Of a stretch of DNA of 64,000 nucleotides, positions 39,973-55,051 are shown piece after piece. This DNA comes from Lama glama (lineage: Eukaryota): assembly GCA_028534125.1 (NCBI GenBank), contig CM052816.1:80726001-80790000 (forward strand), read 5' to 3'. How positions within the stretch are numbered: the stretch's first letter is position 1; the number at the start of each line of letters is the position of its first letter. Under the pieces are notes generated by a model. The model did no database searches. It was not told the origin of the DNA and saw nothing but the letters and a program-made list of their open reading frames with translations. Position numbers and translations under genes: made by a program.

Positions 39973-40004
39973 GTGTCTCCAGGGAAATGACTGTCTCCTC
40001 TCAG
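39973..40004 (+). other. Candidate 32-nt exon
   Basis: Polypyrimidine acceptor ttttcttctcctag| and donor CAG|GTCAGT. Confidence 0.25.
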
Positions 40005-42399
40005 GTCAGTCTTGAAGTTAGAGGTAGTAGATAGTCACTTTAATGAGGTGATTGATTAACTTGTGTGAGCCTATAAATGTATCCCTCAAACCTGTGTAGA
40101 ACCTCAAATTCTATCAGTTGGGTTTTATTCTGTTAAATCCTGAAGGCTTTTCAACATTCTTAAGTACTAATTAAAATTTAAATATTTTTGGGAACGTCTT
40201 ACCAATTGTAACTTGCTTGAAAGCAGAAAGGAAAGAGACAAAGGGTGTCAGTTGACAATTAGATGATAAAATCCCAGCAAAAAGAGCCCAGGGTAGAAAC
40301 CTGAATTTAGTAGTGGGACAGCTTGGGGTAGGGAATAGGGTTCGCAGCCAAAAGAGGTGGGAAGGAAGTGTCAGAGACAAGTTTACCTACTTAGTTTTGC
40401 AGAAGCCTGGTTCAGCTCCTCTTTTGTGTGTAATGGGTATTCACTCTCTAAAGAAGTACTTGGATGGTCTCTGTAGGGAGATAGAGAAATAACTTTCTTC
40501 TCCGAGTTAACAACCAGAACCTTCACACACCTAAATAAACACCTTTCATGCCAAACATCACATTAGTTTATAGGGAGATGTCAGTGGTAGACCTAAAACA
40601 TTACTTTACAAGATTTCCTGTCGGAGGAGTCTGACAGAGGAGCTGAAGGACAGTCTTGCTGGGCTGGGCCAATAAATGCTCTTCAGTGTTTTTCCCAATG
40701 GCTCCGTTGAAGCTGTAATTCTTCACATACTAGCAATTTAGTGTGTTTCCTTGAAAGTAAAATGCCTGGGACATGGCTGAAGAAAGTCATAACTTTCCCT
40801 TATCTATTGGGTTTGATGGTTGTTTTAGTGACAACATCTTTAACTTATAGTTTCAGTCTTTGCCTCATTTTCAGCCTTTCGTAATAACCTCATTTCTTTT
40901 GTCAGTTTCCCTGTGGTTTCCAGTTTCCAGACTTAGTCTCTCTCTCTCTCTTTTAATTTAAATTTCCCATTGGTGTATTATATTGACCAGACTAGAGTGG
41001 TAGGAATCAAAAAGTAATGAAGATAATAAGTATCCATTATGTGTCTAGTATATATAGGGCTATTTATATACTTTATTTCATTTAATTCTCAAATCATTGT
41101 TGTAAGATGAATATTATTTAACTATTTTAATGGGTAGCTAAGAGAGGTTAAGTAAATTTCACAGCCTTAAACAGTGAGAAGCTGAGATTTAAACCTAGGT
41201 GTTGCTTGAGTCTAAAGTCAGTTTTGGGTTATAATCTTGGCTCCATCTACTTGCTACCTATTGTTAATGTCTAGTGTTTTGATTTTCTCATGTGTAAGAT
41301 GTATGGAAATACAGTTTTTATATGCTTAATACTGAGACATTTTCTTGGGTTTATAATAAAAATGCACAAAACAAGGCAGCTAAAGTAATTTTTAAAAATA
41401 CTATAGAGCAGTACTTTTCCAGTGATGATCAGATTACTACCGCTGGAGCCCTAAGGAATCTAGGACCACTGGAGTTGGGGGATTTTTGAGGGAGGCTTAG
41501 TTGGTAGGGCTCTGAACTCCTTTCTCAACAGTTATGCTCTTATCTGTTTTATGTATCAAGATTCTAAGTAATTTTTGTAAGTCAAAGGGTTCATTGTTTT
41601 ACAAAAAACATTTTCCCCCCAAGTCCTTATTTATTATATAATAATGTTGGAGAGATTATGTTAGGACTTTGGAATGTCAAAGTTAGAACCACAAGGTTGA
41701 CTAAACTTCCAGGCAACTTCTGAGGGAAAAAACAGAACCATGTTTGCTTATAGAGTCCCCGTTATTTTGTTTAGGGGAAAAGGGAATGAAGGAAGTGAAG
41801 AGGGAAGGAGGGAGGAAGGGGAAAGCAGAGAAACTTGTATGCCCTGTATAGCAAGTCAGATGTTTTCTTGGTATTAATCACAAGAGGAATTTGTCATGTT
41901 GTTTCTCATATGAGGGGCATGATGGACAGTGATTATTTCAATCATGGTTTTACATAAGATGTTCTTGTGATGACTTTTTCTTTTAACAACCTTTAAAGGA
42001 ACCTAAAACCATAATGTTAATTGAAGAGCATCTTGGGGGAGGGCAATAAAATAAGGGGTGTAAAATGGGCATAGCAGCCTGCCTAGCCAACCTCACAGGG
42101 TTTTTGCTGAAAGCTCAGAGAGCCAATGTGTGTGAAAATGTTTAGAAACCTCTCAGAACTAACTAATATTTAGATAGTTGTGTCATTCTTTAAATCACAT
42201 ATATTTTTGAGTTCCTGCTCTGTGCCCGGTATTATTCTAGGTGTGGGGATACTCAGTGTCGGGGGTTAGTCTATTTATCTACCAATATCTTTTGCAAATT
42301 ATATATTTAATCTCATTACTTTGAAGGATAAAGTTGATTATATGAATGAATTGAGTGGGGCTTGACAATTAATACCTTGGGCTGCTTTCAGAATGTGGA

Positions 42400-42940
42400 A
42401 TCATTGAGCCTTCAAGCTGGAAAGGTTTCTAGGGGCTATCTGGTTCGTCTTGCCCATGTAGGAATCCTTCGCACAGAATTCCTGAGGAAGAGCACCGGAA
42501 ACTCATTAAATATTTCTAATTCACAAGCAGTCCAGTCTACTTTAGACAACTTTGGATTTTAAAAAATTTGTTCTTTATGTTGCACAGCCTGGAGGGTTGA
42601 AGAACAATGACAGAGATGGGTATTAGAAATCCTCTATGTTCTTGTGTTGATAACTTTGTCATTTATAAACTTCTCATTGGCACATGCCATCAGAAGCATG
42701 CTAGAAAGGATCTTGCCGCCTTTCCACTTGACAACCTTTGAATTTAAAGATGTCTATGATGTCATCCCTAAATTTTTTTTCTTTTATAGGCTAAACACTC
42801 CCAGTTCTCTCGTTCTTCATTTGAGATAATTTCCAGACATCATCTTGGTTGCCTTTGTCTGGCTACATTGTTTTGACAATGTCCTTTTTACAATATAGCG
42901 TTCAGAAATAAACATAGTGTCCCAGATCTTGTCTGACTTA
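42400..42940 (-). mobile_element. CR1/L3 LINE fragment
   Basis: 'tttagacaactttg...ttgttctttatgttg...tataggctaaacactcccagttc...catcttggttgcc...aaacatagtgtcccagat'. Confidence 0.6.
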
Positions 42941-42998
42941 TAAATAAGATTCCATTCTGGAGAGTTTATTTTACATTTTCTTTTTCTTTTTTTTTTAG

Positions 42999-43138
42999 GC
43001 CTCAGTTCAACTTATAATTGAAATACGTGTCTGTGAATGACCTCTGATCGTATGCTGTCTCTCAAATTGTTTACCAGTGTCATTGTACAAACTTGTTATA
43101 CCTAAAAATAAGTATCACATGAAGAATTCTCAGATGAG
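42999..43138 (+). other. Candidate 140-nt non-coding exon
   Basis: Long polypyrimidine tract then AG at 42997-42998, donor GAG|GTAATA. Stops in all three frames. Confidence 0.3.
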
Positions 43139-43510
43139 GTAATAGACACAAGACTATTTGGAAGTCATAAAACTATACAAAAGTGAGCTATTGTAACTAA
43201 GGTCCTCATATTTTCAACATGTCAGTTCTGAAATCACTGTTAAAATACCCTTGAATCCATATAACTTATTTCCACGTCATTTTATTTAGGCAATTACTTT
43301 CAATCAGTCAAATGTCTTTTTATTTTCCTTGGAATAAATTAATTGGGTCTACTGTTTTTTTCGTATATTGATCAGAAAGTAGTTACTGAGCACTAATAAA
43401 TCTACTGCTAAAATTTCAGTGCACACAGAGAGATCGAGGACAGTCTATCACCAAGGAGTCTTACGGTGGCAGGCTGGCCTTATCTCTTCCTTTGATGGAG
43501 TTATATTAGA

Positions 43511-43852
43511 TCAGTGTTTCCTAAACTGTGTTCCATGGAGAACTAGCTTTCTGAGAAAGATTTATTGATATATAAAAATTAGAAAATGTGGTCAAATGTA
43601 TTTGGGAAATGCTGGGTTAAACCAAGTTAATCACATTTCTTCACTGCAGGATTTTTCAGAGCCTTTGATATGCTAATATGCACCATGAATCTCCAAGAGA
43701 AAGACAGAGTGTGCAGGGTTTTCTAACACTATTTGACCAGGGACTTTATTCTTCTTGTTTGTTTTGGTGTGCTTTTGTTTTTGTTTTTGTTTTTGTTTTT
43801 GAAGAATCATGAAACATTGTTCTTTGGAGAATAGTTAATGAAACATTGCACT
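43511..43852. mobile_element. hAT-Charlie type MER (MER112/MER113-like)
   Basis: Starts 'cagtgtttcctaaactgtgttcc'; internal 'cagagcctttgatatgctaatatgcac..tgaatctccaagag'. Confidence 0.6.
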
Positions 43853-43989
43853 GGGTAATATTTGACTCTGCTATTATGCAAAAAGCATATGTTCTTTGAT
43901 CTCAGAGGCTTTCTTTGGAGATGACAGGACAGATTGAAGTCTCCAACTAAGTCAATCATGGAATGCATATTGAAGGAGGAAAATCCTCC

Positions 43990-44575
43990 TTCAATTCAGA
44001 ACTAGAATCTGAAGAATGGGTAGAATTTTCATAGCTGAAGCTGAGTGGAGACATTTACAGATAAAAGAAATTGAATAAATGTAAGACACGAACAGATGGA
44101 AAGTACAGTAGGTTTTGGGAAATTATGAACTGTCAAAAATGTCTGTGGCTAAAGTATATTCTGAGAAGTGGCAGGAAGTAAATGAGGAAATGTGGGTAGG
44201 TGTCAGATTGTTGAAAGCCTTGAATGTCAGAGTAGAGAGGCTATGCTTTGAGTGGGCAATGCAGAGCCATTTGACAAGGAGAATGATATAAGCAAAGTGA
44301 TGTAAAAGGTAGCTTACTCTGGGACAGTGTGGAAGATGTATTGGGGTGCAGTGTGAAAGTGGATGATTTTGTGACCTGGATTTGAAATTGAATGAGGATG
44401 GTGGCAGTGGGAATAGAATGGAAAGGATGGAATCTGGCTATTTCTGAACATCTGAGGACTCCAGACTGTCTGTTAATATCCAGAAAATATTGGAGAGTTT
44501 GCTGCATTTGAAGAGTGAATGAGATCCAGCAAGAGACGTTATTCAAGAGCAATAGTCAATGTTTCTCAGGCAATC
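43990..44575 (-). mobile_element. L2 LINE fragment
   Basis: Purine-rich 'gtcagattgttgaaagccttgaatgtcag...gggcaatgcagagccatt...gaggatggtggcagtggga'. Confidence 0.6.
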
Positions 44576-46119
44576 AAGAACACAGAGAGGAGTGCTGGTT
44601 ATTTGGCTTCTTTGTTCTTTCACTAATTTATTTATTTACGCATTTATGCATCCATCAAACACTTATCGATGGCCTACACTGTATAGGTAAATATGTGTCC
44701 AGGGACATTACAGCCTTTTCCCTAATTTACTGCTGATAATTTGCAGTGAGGTCCTTGTATATTCTTGCAGATCATTCTCACTGATATGCAGGGAAGTTTT
44801 ATCACTTCATTAGAATAATAAAATTTTTACCTGAAGTTTTAAAAACATTTATTTTATATCTTCTTTTATTTTTCTAACTTGCTAAGTTGCTAAAGCTAAC
44901 ATTTTAATATTACACTGGACAGTGGTTTCTTATGAAATAAATATTTTGAGCGCCGTAATCTAAGGGAATAAATGGAGTCCAATGGCATAATGCGTCAGAA
45001 GCACTGACCTGCATTAGTGCTTGGTAGTGACAGCCATTACTACTTCTACTACTATTGCTGCCACTACCAGCTCCACTATAGTTATATTTGAGAATTTTTC
45101 TGGCTTTGAGTAAGCCTCCAGCATGTTCAATTGTAATTTCAGTTTTCTTCTAGCCTCACTGTGAAGAAATGGGTTGAGAGGAGCACAGAGTAGAATCAAT
45201 GGAACGTCTGTGTACAATAAGCCATGACGTTTGGGAGTCTGAGAAGTTTCAGGCTGTGATTCCCTTGTGATCTGCTGGAATGAAGGACCCTTGGAATATG
45301 CTTGTGTAGGTGCTTGTGAGTGTGTGCACACATGTATTTGTTCATGTGTGTGCATGAATATGTGTGTTTTAAGCAGTTTATTTGGATCTAAGATACTATT
45401 TATGTATTATTCAGCTAACTTTAATATTCTGTGTTCCATTTCTCTTAAAACCTTGGGGTTTCTTGGTTATCTTGAAAGAAACTGTAGGAGAAGTCATGCT
45501 GAAGGGGAGGTAAGAAGGCCACTTCAACATCATAGTCTCCCTGCTCGTCACCCCTTTGCCACCTGGCACCTTTGCCTCCTGTAACACTTGAATTTTGGAC
45601 TCAGGAGTTTTAAAGGTAGGAAAACATTTCTAGAAAATTTTGGAGGCCAGGAAAAATATGTATTCTCTACATTACTTAGGAATTATGATAGTTATCATAG
45701 TTAGCATCAGGGAAATTGAAATCCCATATGATTCATGCCCTAGGATTTTTTTCCCCCCTTTGCTTTTGCATCTGTACAGACATTTCCTGGTTTGCTTGAG
45801 CTCTTATCCACCCAGGAGGTTCCTATCAGAGCTGCCTGAGCAGACTACGTAACGAGGGTGATTTATGATGTTCTAATGGTGAAGTTGCAGATTTCTTTAT
45901 TAAACACCTAGAACAAAAGGGAAACAAAGCAGGGAAAAACATAGATCATAATCATTGCTAACTGAGACCTGTACCCTGGGCATGTGAAAGAGGAAGGAGC
46001 AAATAGGCTCAAGCCAACTGCTCCCTGCAGACCTATATGTGGATTTGGTGATTTCTCCTCTTCCCCTTTGGCCTCCTCTTGGAACAGCAACCTAGGAAAT
46101 ACTGTCATTCACAAAAATG

Positions 46120-46605
46120 TTATTCAAATGCATTTATTCAGTCAACAGATATTTCTTGAACAAATACTCTGTGCCAGAAATTGTTTTAGGTCATGAATAT
46201 ACAACAGTGAACAAAGTAGAGGAAAATCTCTGCCTTTGTGAAAATTGTGTTTCCAGTGACTTGGACTCTGAGGCACTGACGTACTCGAGGCAGGGGTCCT
46301 GGCAAGCGCAGAGGCCTCGGGGAGGATGAGGCGCAGGAGGCCTGTGTGCCTGCAGTGCAGAGAGCGGAGGTGAGGGGAGGAGACAAGGGCGTGGGGCATG
46401 GAGTCTGATTGTGTAGGGCCACATTGGGCTAGTGAAGGCTGGGCTTCTACCCGACATTATAGCGGAAACTGTTGGAAGGTTTCGAGCAGAGGAGTGACAT
46501 TATCTAACTTATGTTTTAATGAAACATTTGACTCCCGTGGTGAAATACACTGAAGGGAGCAAGGACAGAAACAGGGGGACAAATTAGTAAACTAGTGGGG
46601 AATCT
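46120..46605 (-). mobile_element. L2 LINE 3' fragment
   Basis: 'catttattcagtcaacagatatttcttga...ctctgtgccag...acaacagtgaacaa...ggaaggtttcgagcagaggagtgacat'. Confidence 0.75.
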
Positions 46606-48549
46606 GAGGGTTTGTCTTCAGTTTTTTCCAGGGAGCTCTATTTAACTAGTCTTAAACTGTTCACTCTCTTGTATATGTACGACATCTAGTTCATGGGAAT
46701 TCCTCCTTCATCTTTGCTTCAGTAAACACAGTAAACGCAGCAGCAACTTCTCTCCCATTGCCAAAGCTGCAAGCCAACCCGTCTCTTGCTCTTTAGACTT
46801 TCCAGGCAGAAGTCAGACACGAGTTCACTGGGTTCCTTTCTAACAGAAGGAAATTCATAATCAGTTCTCTGAGTGCTCTCTTTCTCTTCTGTCTCTCTTG
46901 AGGGTGTGAAGAAGGAAGAACTCACTTTCCCCTTGGAAAGGGGTGGGCACATATGATGCCAAGAATCTTCTCCACTGAAGCCTTTTTGGGAAATTCTCCC
47001 TGAGTAATATCCTGAAGCCCTCTCATTAGACTTTATTTTAGGAGTTAGTACTTCGCTCACATCTCTTCCACGGCAAAAGACGAAGGAGAAGGTACAGCAT
47101 TCTCTCAGGAAATCTTTTCCCACAAGCCCTATTTTTTACTTCGTCTTTTATGCCCTGGATGCAAGTGAGGGGATTCCAGAGTTTTGTAACCTTTTTTTTT
47201 TTTGACTACTACCTATGAAAATTTGCATCTGGGTCTGGCACTTCACCCTGAATGTCAGCTATTGTATTTTGGTGCCATGATAGCAACATCCTATTACAAA
47301 GGGAAAGGCTATTTGCTAATTAATGAATTGTGTATTTCTGCCTTGATAATAACTATCAATAAATGAGAATATATTTGACAGGGAGAAAAAAGAAAATTCA
47401 GAATGTCATATCCTCATATCTTGTCATGGTGATATGCACATAATAGAATCTTAACAAATATTTGTTGAAATAAGGATTGAATTTTGTGCTTTGAATGGAA
47501 ACTGCAAAGTAAATTCATGTTAGGAAAGCAGTTTATGGTCAGAATTAAATCCACTGCTCACAAGGATAGTACAAATAAGGTAATTGTGTCCTCACCCTGC
47601 GCTCGACTTCTACCTAACCCAAGGTATTGATTTTTTTTTTCTGCATAGCAATTTGTCAGTAATTTCCAAGCCTCAGAGTCCTTCTGAATCCCTAAAGGAG
47701 CTGCCATGTAACTGGATAAAAAGTGCTGTCATATCACCTCTAGTCTCTGGGTTTGTAGAAAGAGTAGGAGAGTTTTCTGGCTGATAAAAAAGGGGTATGA
47801 GTCTTCACGCCCAACACTTAGAGCTGGACTTGAGAGAAGTGTTTAAGAAATGATGATGATAAATGCTTGAACATTGCTTAAACATGACCTGTTCTGATGT
47901 GGGAGTCACACTTACACTCTACATTGCTTCTTATGAATAAAAGTGTATCACGGGAATACTATGTGCCAAGCCATAAACTGGAAGACAAAGCATACAAATG
48001 TGAAAGGCTGCGTAACAGTACAGTAATGGTCGTGAGGCACTTCATGTGAGGCATATTCACCAGTGGGAGATCTAAACACTGAGTCCTCTGAGAGCAGAGG
48101 AGGAAGCAGTCACTGCGGGGTGGGGAGGAATGTGAAGGATTTCTGAAGGACTAGAGAAACAGTTTTATACTAAGACTCTATCATATAAAGTTTGGTGCTT
48201 ATCTAATATATTTCATGTGGGTGTGAAATATACAAATCAATCATCTGTTCCTCAGATTTTCATCTACCCCTTATCACCTTTCAAACTGATAAACATAACA
48301 CACATATAAAAAAGTGCCCAAAACAGTTTAATGAATAACAGCTTAATGAAGAACATTTTAATGAATAAATAAGACAGAATAAAATAAAGCCACATGTGTA
48401 TTGTAATTACACAAGAGAACATGAGCAGTGTCTTGGAAGCCCTATGTGTCTCTTCCCAAGAACTGCTCTGTCCTTGAGGCAACCACCGTCCTGCATTTTA
48501 GGGCACTGATGTCCTTGCTTGTTTCTTTTTAGTTCTGTCCACTATGTAC

Positions 48550-48953
48550 TGTAAAAGAAAAACTGTTCAAGACTGCTCTGGAATAGAAACTTTCTGTGTG
48601 ATATAATTTATAACCCCTTTCTTGGAGAAGATTAGCATTCCTGACAGATTGCCTGAACAATTTTCTGGGGAACTTTAATGAGATTTGTTTTGGACGTGGA
48701 TTACTCACCAGTCAGTTTGGTTCTCAGTTGACTATCAGTCAAAAATCTACTTACTCCCTTTAATCAGACCCTCCTCTTTAGATATCTAGGCTAAAGATGA
48801 CTACCTAACCATTCTCCTTTCCTATAAGTTGTACCTACAAAGACTAAATATTTGAATAGGCCTCTAGGTATGTTTTTTCTTGTCTGCAAAATCTAGAAAA
48901 CAAAATAATTTTGATACATACCTATAATTAAATAGTCTGAAAAGTTTATTTCA
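48550..48953. mobile_element. Probable LTR inserted in the old L1
   Basis: TG...CA bounded segment that breaks the L1M homology. No exact TSD, family not identified. Confidence 0.4.
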
Positions 48954-49071
48954 GTGGTATATATTGCTAAATAATAATGATAATTTTAGTGTTGCTCATT
49001 ATTAAACTTCATGAAAATGGATTCGTATTATATTTATCTTGTTGTCTTTGTTTCTTTTGCTTAATATTTTG

Positions 49072-50368
<1,297 letters not shown>

Positions 50369-51139
50369 TGCTTAATATTTTGTTTTTAAGGGCCAATCAT
50401 CTTGTTGCATATAATTTTTGTTTGTTCATTTTTATTGCTGTGTAGTATTTTATTAGGGGTATATACTAGAATTTATACATCCTGCTGTTGATGGACAGTG
50501 TTGTTTCCAAAATTCCAGTTTTGGACTGTTGAGGAGAAGACTGCCAAGAACATTCTTGTATGTATATCTTGATGCAAATATGCAAGAGTTTCTCTGGGGG
50601 ATGTACTCAAGAGCAGAATTTCTGGATTGTAGGATATGCACATATTCAATTTTAGTAGCTAATGCCCATTTGCTTTTCTAAAGTGGTTGTTTCCAATCTG
50701 TACTTCCGGCAGCACAGTATGACAGTTTCTAATTTGCTCAGTTTCCTTACCTAACGCATAGTATTTTCAGACCTTTTAATTTTTTTAAATTGGTTTAGAG
50801 TACAGTGGTATCTCATTCTGGTTTTGACTTGTATTTGTCTGATTAGATATGAGGTTGAACACATATATTTATTCATAATTTGGATTTCTTCTTTCATGAC
50901 GTTCCTGCTCAAGTCATTAGCCTTTTCTTTTCCTATTCTATTGGATGGTCTTTTTTTTTTTTTTTTTTTAGGAGTTTCTACAAATATAAAAAGTCTTGTG
51001 TTGCTAATATCCTCTCCCATCTTGTGGCTGTTTTTATACTCTTCCAGTAAAATCAAATTTAGCAGTCTTTCTTTATGGTGTTTGTGGTGTGTGTGTATGT
51101 GTGTGTGCATGCACATGTGCATACAAATACGTTTTTATT

Positions 51140-52670
51140 TTAAATTTTTTTCATAATTTGCTGAATTCAGTTATTAGTTCTACCATTTTTCGGTCCTTAG
51201 GGTTTTCTATATGTAAGGTCATGTAACTTGCAAATGAAATTTTATGTCTTCCTTTCTGACTTGGATGCCTGTTAATTCTTTTTCTTGCATGATTGCTTTT
51301 GCTAATACTGTCATAACTATGTTGAATGAAAGTGGCTTTGCACCGGATCTGAGAGAAAAACTTCCATTTGTTTTCCCATTAATTATGTTGTTAGTTGTGG
51401 GTTTTTCATAAATGGCCTTTATTGTGTTGAGGAAATGTCCTTTTATACTTATTTCATTCAGAGTTTTCATTATGAATGGATGTTAAATTTTATCAAATGC
51501 CTTTTCTGCTTCTGTTGAAATGATCGTGTAGTTTTTATCTTTCATTCTGTTAATGTGGTGTATCACATTGATTGATTTGCATATGTTAAACTTGTATGCC
51601 AAGACTAAATCCCACTTGGTCACCATGTAGAAGTTCTTTATATATTTTGTGTAGCAGTGCTTTATCAGATATGTATTTTGCAGATATTTTCTCCAGTTCT
51701 GTGGCTTTTCTTCTCATTTTCTTAATGTCTTAGCATATTAGCTATAGTTATTTTAAATTCCCAGTCTGATGGTAATTCCAACTTCCCTGCCATATCTGAG
51801 TTTAGTTCTGATGCTTGCCCTGTTCCTTTAAGCTGTGTTTTTTACCTTTTGGTATGTCTTGTAATTTTTTTTGTAGTGAGCTGGATCTGATATACTGGGT
51901 AAAAGAAACTCCAGTGTGTAGGCCTTATTGATGTGGTGGTACGGTGTGGGGGAGGGGTAGTGTTGTTAGTCCTGTGGTTAGGTCTCAGTTTTTTAGTGAG
52001 CTTATGCTTCTGGGCTGAGACATTTAAAAGTGCTTCTTAAGTCCCTCCTCCCCTCTCCACCCCCTTAAGTGAGAGAGGAAGTCTAGAAGAGGCTGCAATT
52101 GTTTATTTCCCTTCTTTCACATTAAAGGCTAGAGGAAACTAGAGTTGATAATTTCTCTTTCCCCAGGTCTGTTAAGCTCTGGTGAAATAGTTTATTTTGT
52201 TAAGAACAGACTGCTCTGGGCTGGATACAAAAATGACTATTTTTTCCCTTCCCCTGATGGAAGCATGAGGGGATTTTTCTCCAATCATCTTTGTGAGAAC
52301 CTCCTGGGGCTCCTGGAGGGAAGACTTTCAAAAGTGTAAGAGGCCCCCTAAGACTCTCCCTCCCTGGAATTTTTAAGTCTCAACCTCGTCCACCCTGAAT
52401 TTCCAGCAATTCATCAGTTATAGTCTAGATTTTCCTGCCCTGGTACTGGTTCCCATGGAGGTTTCTGCTCCAGTAGGTTGTGATTCCCTGTATCTGCCTG
52501 TCTATCTCTCAGAATTTGGGAGCAGTGGTTTGTGTTGTGATTTTAATTTTTTTGATAGATCTAAGAAAAATTGTTGATCTTCAGTTTGTTGAACTTTTTC
52601 TTCTTGTCTGGATGGGGGTGACGACTTCCAACCCCTTATATGCTGGACTGGAAACTAGAAGTCACTAAAG
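51140..52670 (-). mobile_element. L1 ORF2 fragments and old L1M 5'/ORF1 relic
   Basis: ORF 51219-51470 gives an L1 RT-region peptide (NTIKAIYEKPT.NII.NG...F.LRSG). An L1M-like 5' tract follows to ~52670. Confidence 0.75.
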
Positions 52671-53162
52671 TCTTTTTTATCAACTCTTCCAGTTCTAGAA
52701 TGTTATAAAATTTAATTTTATCGGAAAACAATTACATTTCATTCATTTTCACAAGGTCTAGGAAAGTTGGGGGAAAAAAAAACAACTAAAAAGACTTAGT
52801 CACAGAGTTAGTTGCAGAGCTGGTATTAGAACTGAGGATTGGGACTTGTCCATAGCTGTTTACCCTAGGTCAAGTGAGCACAGTGATAATGCACATTTTT
52901 CTCAAATGGAAACCCAGGGAAGAATGAAACAATAGCATATGACCAAATAGGAAGCAGAGGTGATGTTATGGAAAAACAGCAACAACAACAGCACAGTTAC
53001 TAATAGGAGAACAGATCGAAACATAATGAGGGCTAATTTTTTCCTCTCATTCTCTCCCATTTCCACAGGGCATGATGTGTTGTGATAATAAGAATCTTTA
53101 TGTTTTTATAGATATTACAACTAACATAAATGGAAAGAGCATTTATTGACTATGTGATTAAT

Positions 53163-54275
53163 TCAGCATTCTCAAAAATGTGCTTCATGTAACACCAGTT
53201 TCAAAAAATGGTCATAAAAGGTTTTCATCTAATCAAATAAATTTAGGACATGCTGTAAATAGTATCTTCCTCTTGTTGCCTCAGCACCCTGCTTACTGAA
53301 TTGAGACTTGAGGACACAGTTTTGGATGAAGTAGAAAAGGCAGCTTTATTTCTTTGCCAGGCAATGGAGGTCACGGTGAGCTAATGCCTCCAAGACTATG
53401 AGCCTGCTGGGGAGAGAAGGCAGGGGGTTTTATAGTAAAAGTTCAAGAGTTCAAGGAGCGGAGCTAGTTTCCACAGAGATGGCATACAGGGTTAACAAAC
53501 TGTTGCAGAGTTGTTCTTGTTTTTGTAGATGCAGCAATCCCCTTCCCTCTGCTAGTTATAAAGTTTACTTCTGGGTTTGGGAATCTTAATAGTCTTGTAC
53601 CTAAAACAAAGGATACATAAGAAGGGGGTCCAGGGAAAAGAGCTCTAGAGAAAAACTTGTGTAGTTTAAAGTCAGGTTGATAAATGCTTTTAGCTTTTTA
53701 AGCAGGCTGAGGTCTGGGACCTCCTGCTGGAGGCTGAAGCCTACACCTCAAACAACAGGATACAAAGAAACCACAAGGGGCCCAAAACAACTGCAGACAT
53801 GCTCAGTTGGGGCAAGTTATAAATAAAAAAAATGCACAAAATACCCAACTGTAGTTTCTGAGGTGTGAGGGTTAAGAGGAGGACACTGGGGGCAAAAGCA
53901 CTGAGCATGATCCCCACGCATAGCACGAAAGGGGGTTGGGCATACTACCCAAGGCACCTTCCCCTCCAGCCTAACCCTGGTCGGCAAGAGCATGAGAAGA
54001 ATCCTTTAAACCACTATACAGTTAAGTGGTTACAAACATCATTACAGATATCAGATGGTCACCAATAACAATAGGATCCTGCATGGTTACACTCTTGTTA
54101 ATTCACTAAGAATTATTATATTAAATTAATATATTAATATAATAATTTAGAAGTTACACATTAAATAAGTCAGTTTGATTAGTTTAACTCTTTATTTCCT
54201 AAACTAATTTGATCCATAGACCTCATTTACTATTCTCCAGAACTTGTCTTATGTGGAACACACTTTGGGGAAAGC
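53163..54275. mobile_element. hAT-type MER split by the LTR at 53274-54091
   Basis: Ends 'cagcattctcaaaaatgtg' and 'ggaacacactttgggga', similar to the element at 43511. Confidence 0.5.
53274..54091 (-). mobile_element. ERV1-class solo LTR (lineage-specific)
   Basis: TG...CA ends with a 4-bp TSD ctct (53270-53273 and 54092-54095). Minus-strand TATAAAA at ~53428-53434 and AATAAA at ~53346-53351. Confidence 0.85.
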
Positions 54276-55051
54276 AAATCCTTGCAAGCTAACGTATCTA
54301 ACAAGTTAAGCAAGGTAGGTTTATGGTCATTATTTTACAGATAAAGAAATTGAGACTTAGAGGGTTTACATGACTTGCTAATAATAACACTGTGAATGGT
54401 AACACTGGGAATTCAAGTCTTCCTACCCAATATTGCTTCACCAAAAATATAATCTTTGCTGAAGGAAAGGGAGATGGAATTCATGATCACAGAATGTTCA
54501 CCTGTCAAATATAAATACCTCTGACTAATATTAGTAATGATCAAAAGGATTAGACTTCCCCAATATCCTTATTAGTATTATTGCCCAATGTAACATTTCT
54601 TACAATTAGACACTCCCCAATACCTCAGTGACAAGTCATTGTGTAAGCACCTCATGATGGCCTTCAGTCTAGAGACTTATTTTGTTCCACATGATGAGAT
54701 GTTTCCTGTGATTCCAGCATAAGAAGACAAGCCAGATCTATTGAGGCCTGGTTGGTAAGAGAACATTCAGGTGAATTACATACTTAGTTGAATGTGTCCC
54801 TCACTCTCCCACTTAATCACTGCTATTGATGGTTCCCTGGGAACTTGAGCTCATTACTTCCCATGAAGCCATTTGTCTCATGTTAGTTGTTGTTCTCTTG
54901 GATGCATAAGAAGCTCTTCTCTTTAGAAACTTTGCCTGTTGCTTTTTGTTTATTTTATGTTTCCTTAGCTCTTGAATTTTTCTTCTTTCTATTGGCTGGA
55001 ATATGAAGTTTTCTTTCTATGAGACAACCTTTGCGAGGGGAAGGATGAGGT

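Noticed and set aside
40020..40036. let-7-like agaggtagtag
   Set aside because: Only ~11 nt match and there is no complementary hairpin arm.
46290..46490. Second CpG/GC-rich patch as a promoter
   Set aside because: It is short, lies within an L2 fragment and has no clear core-promoter motifs.
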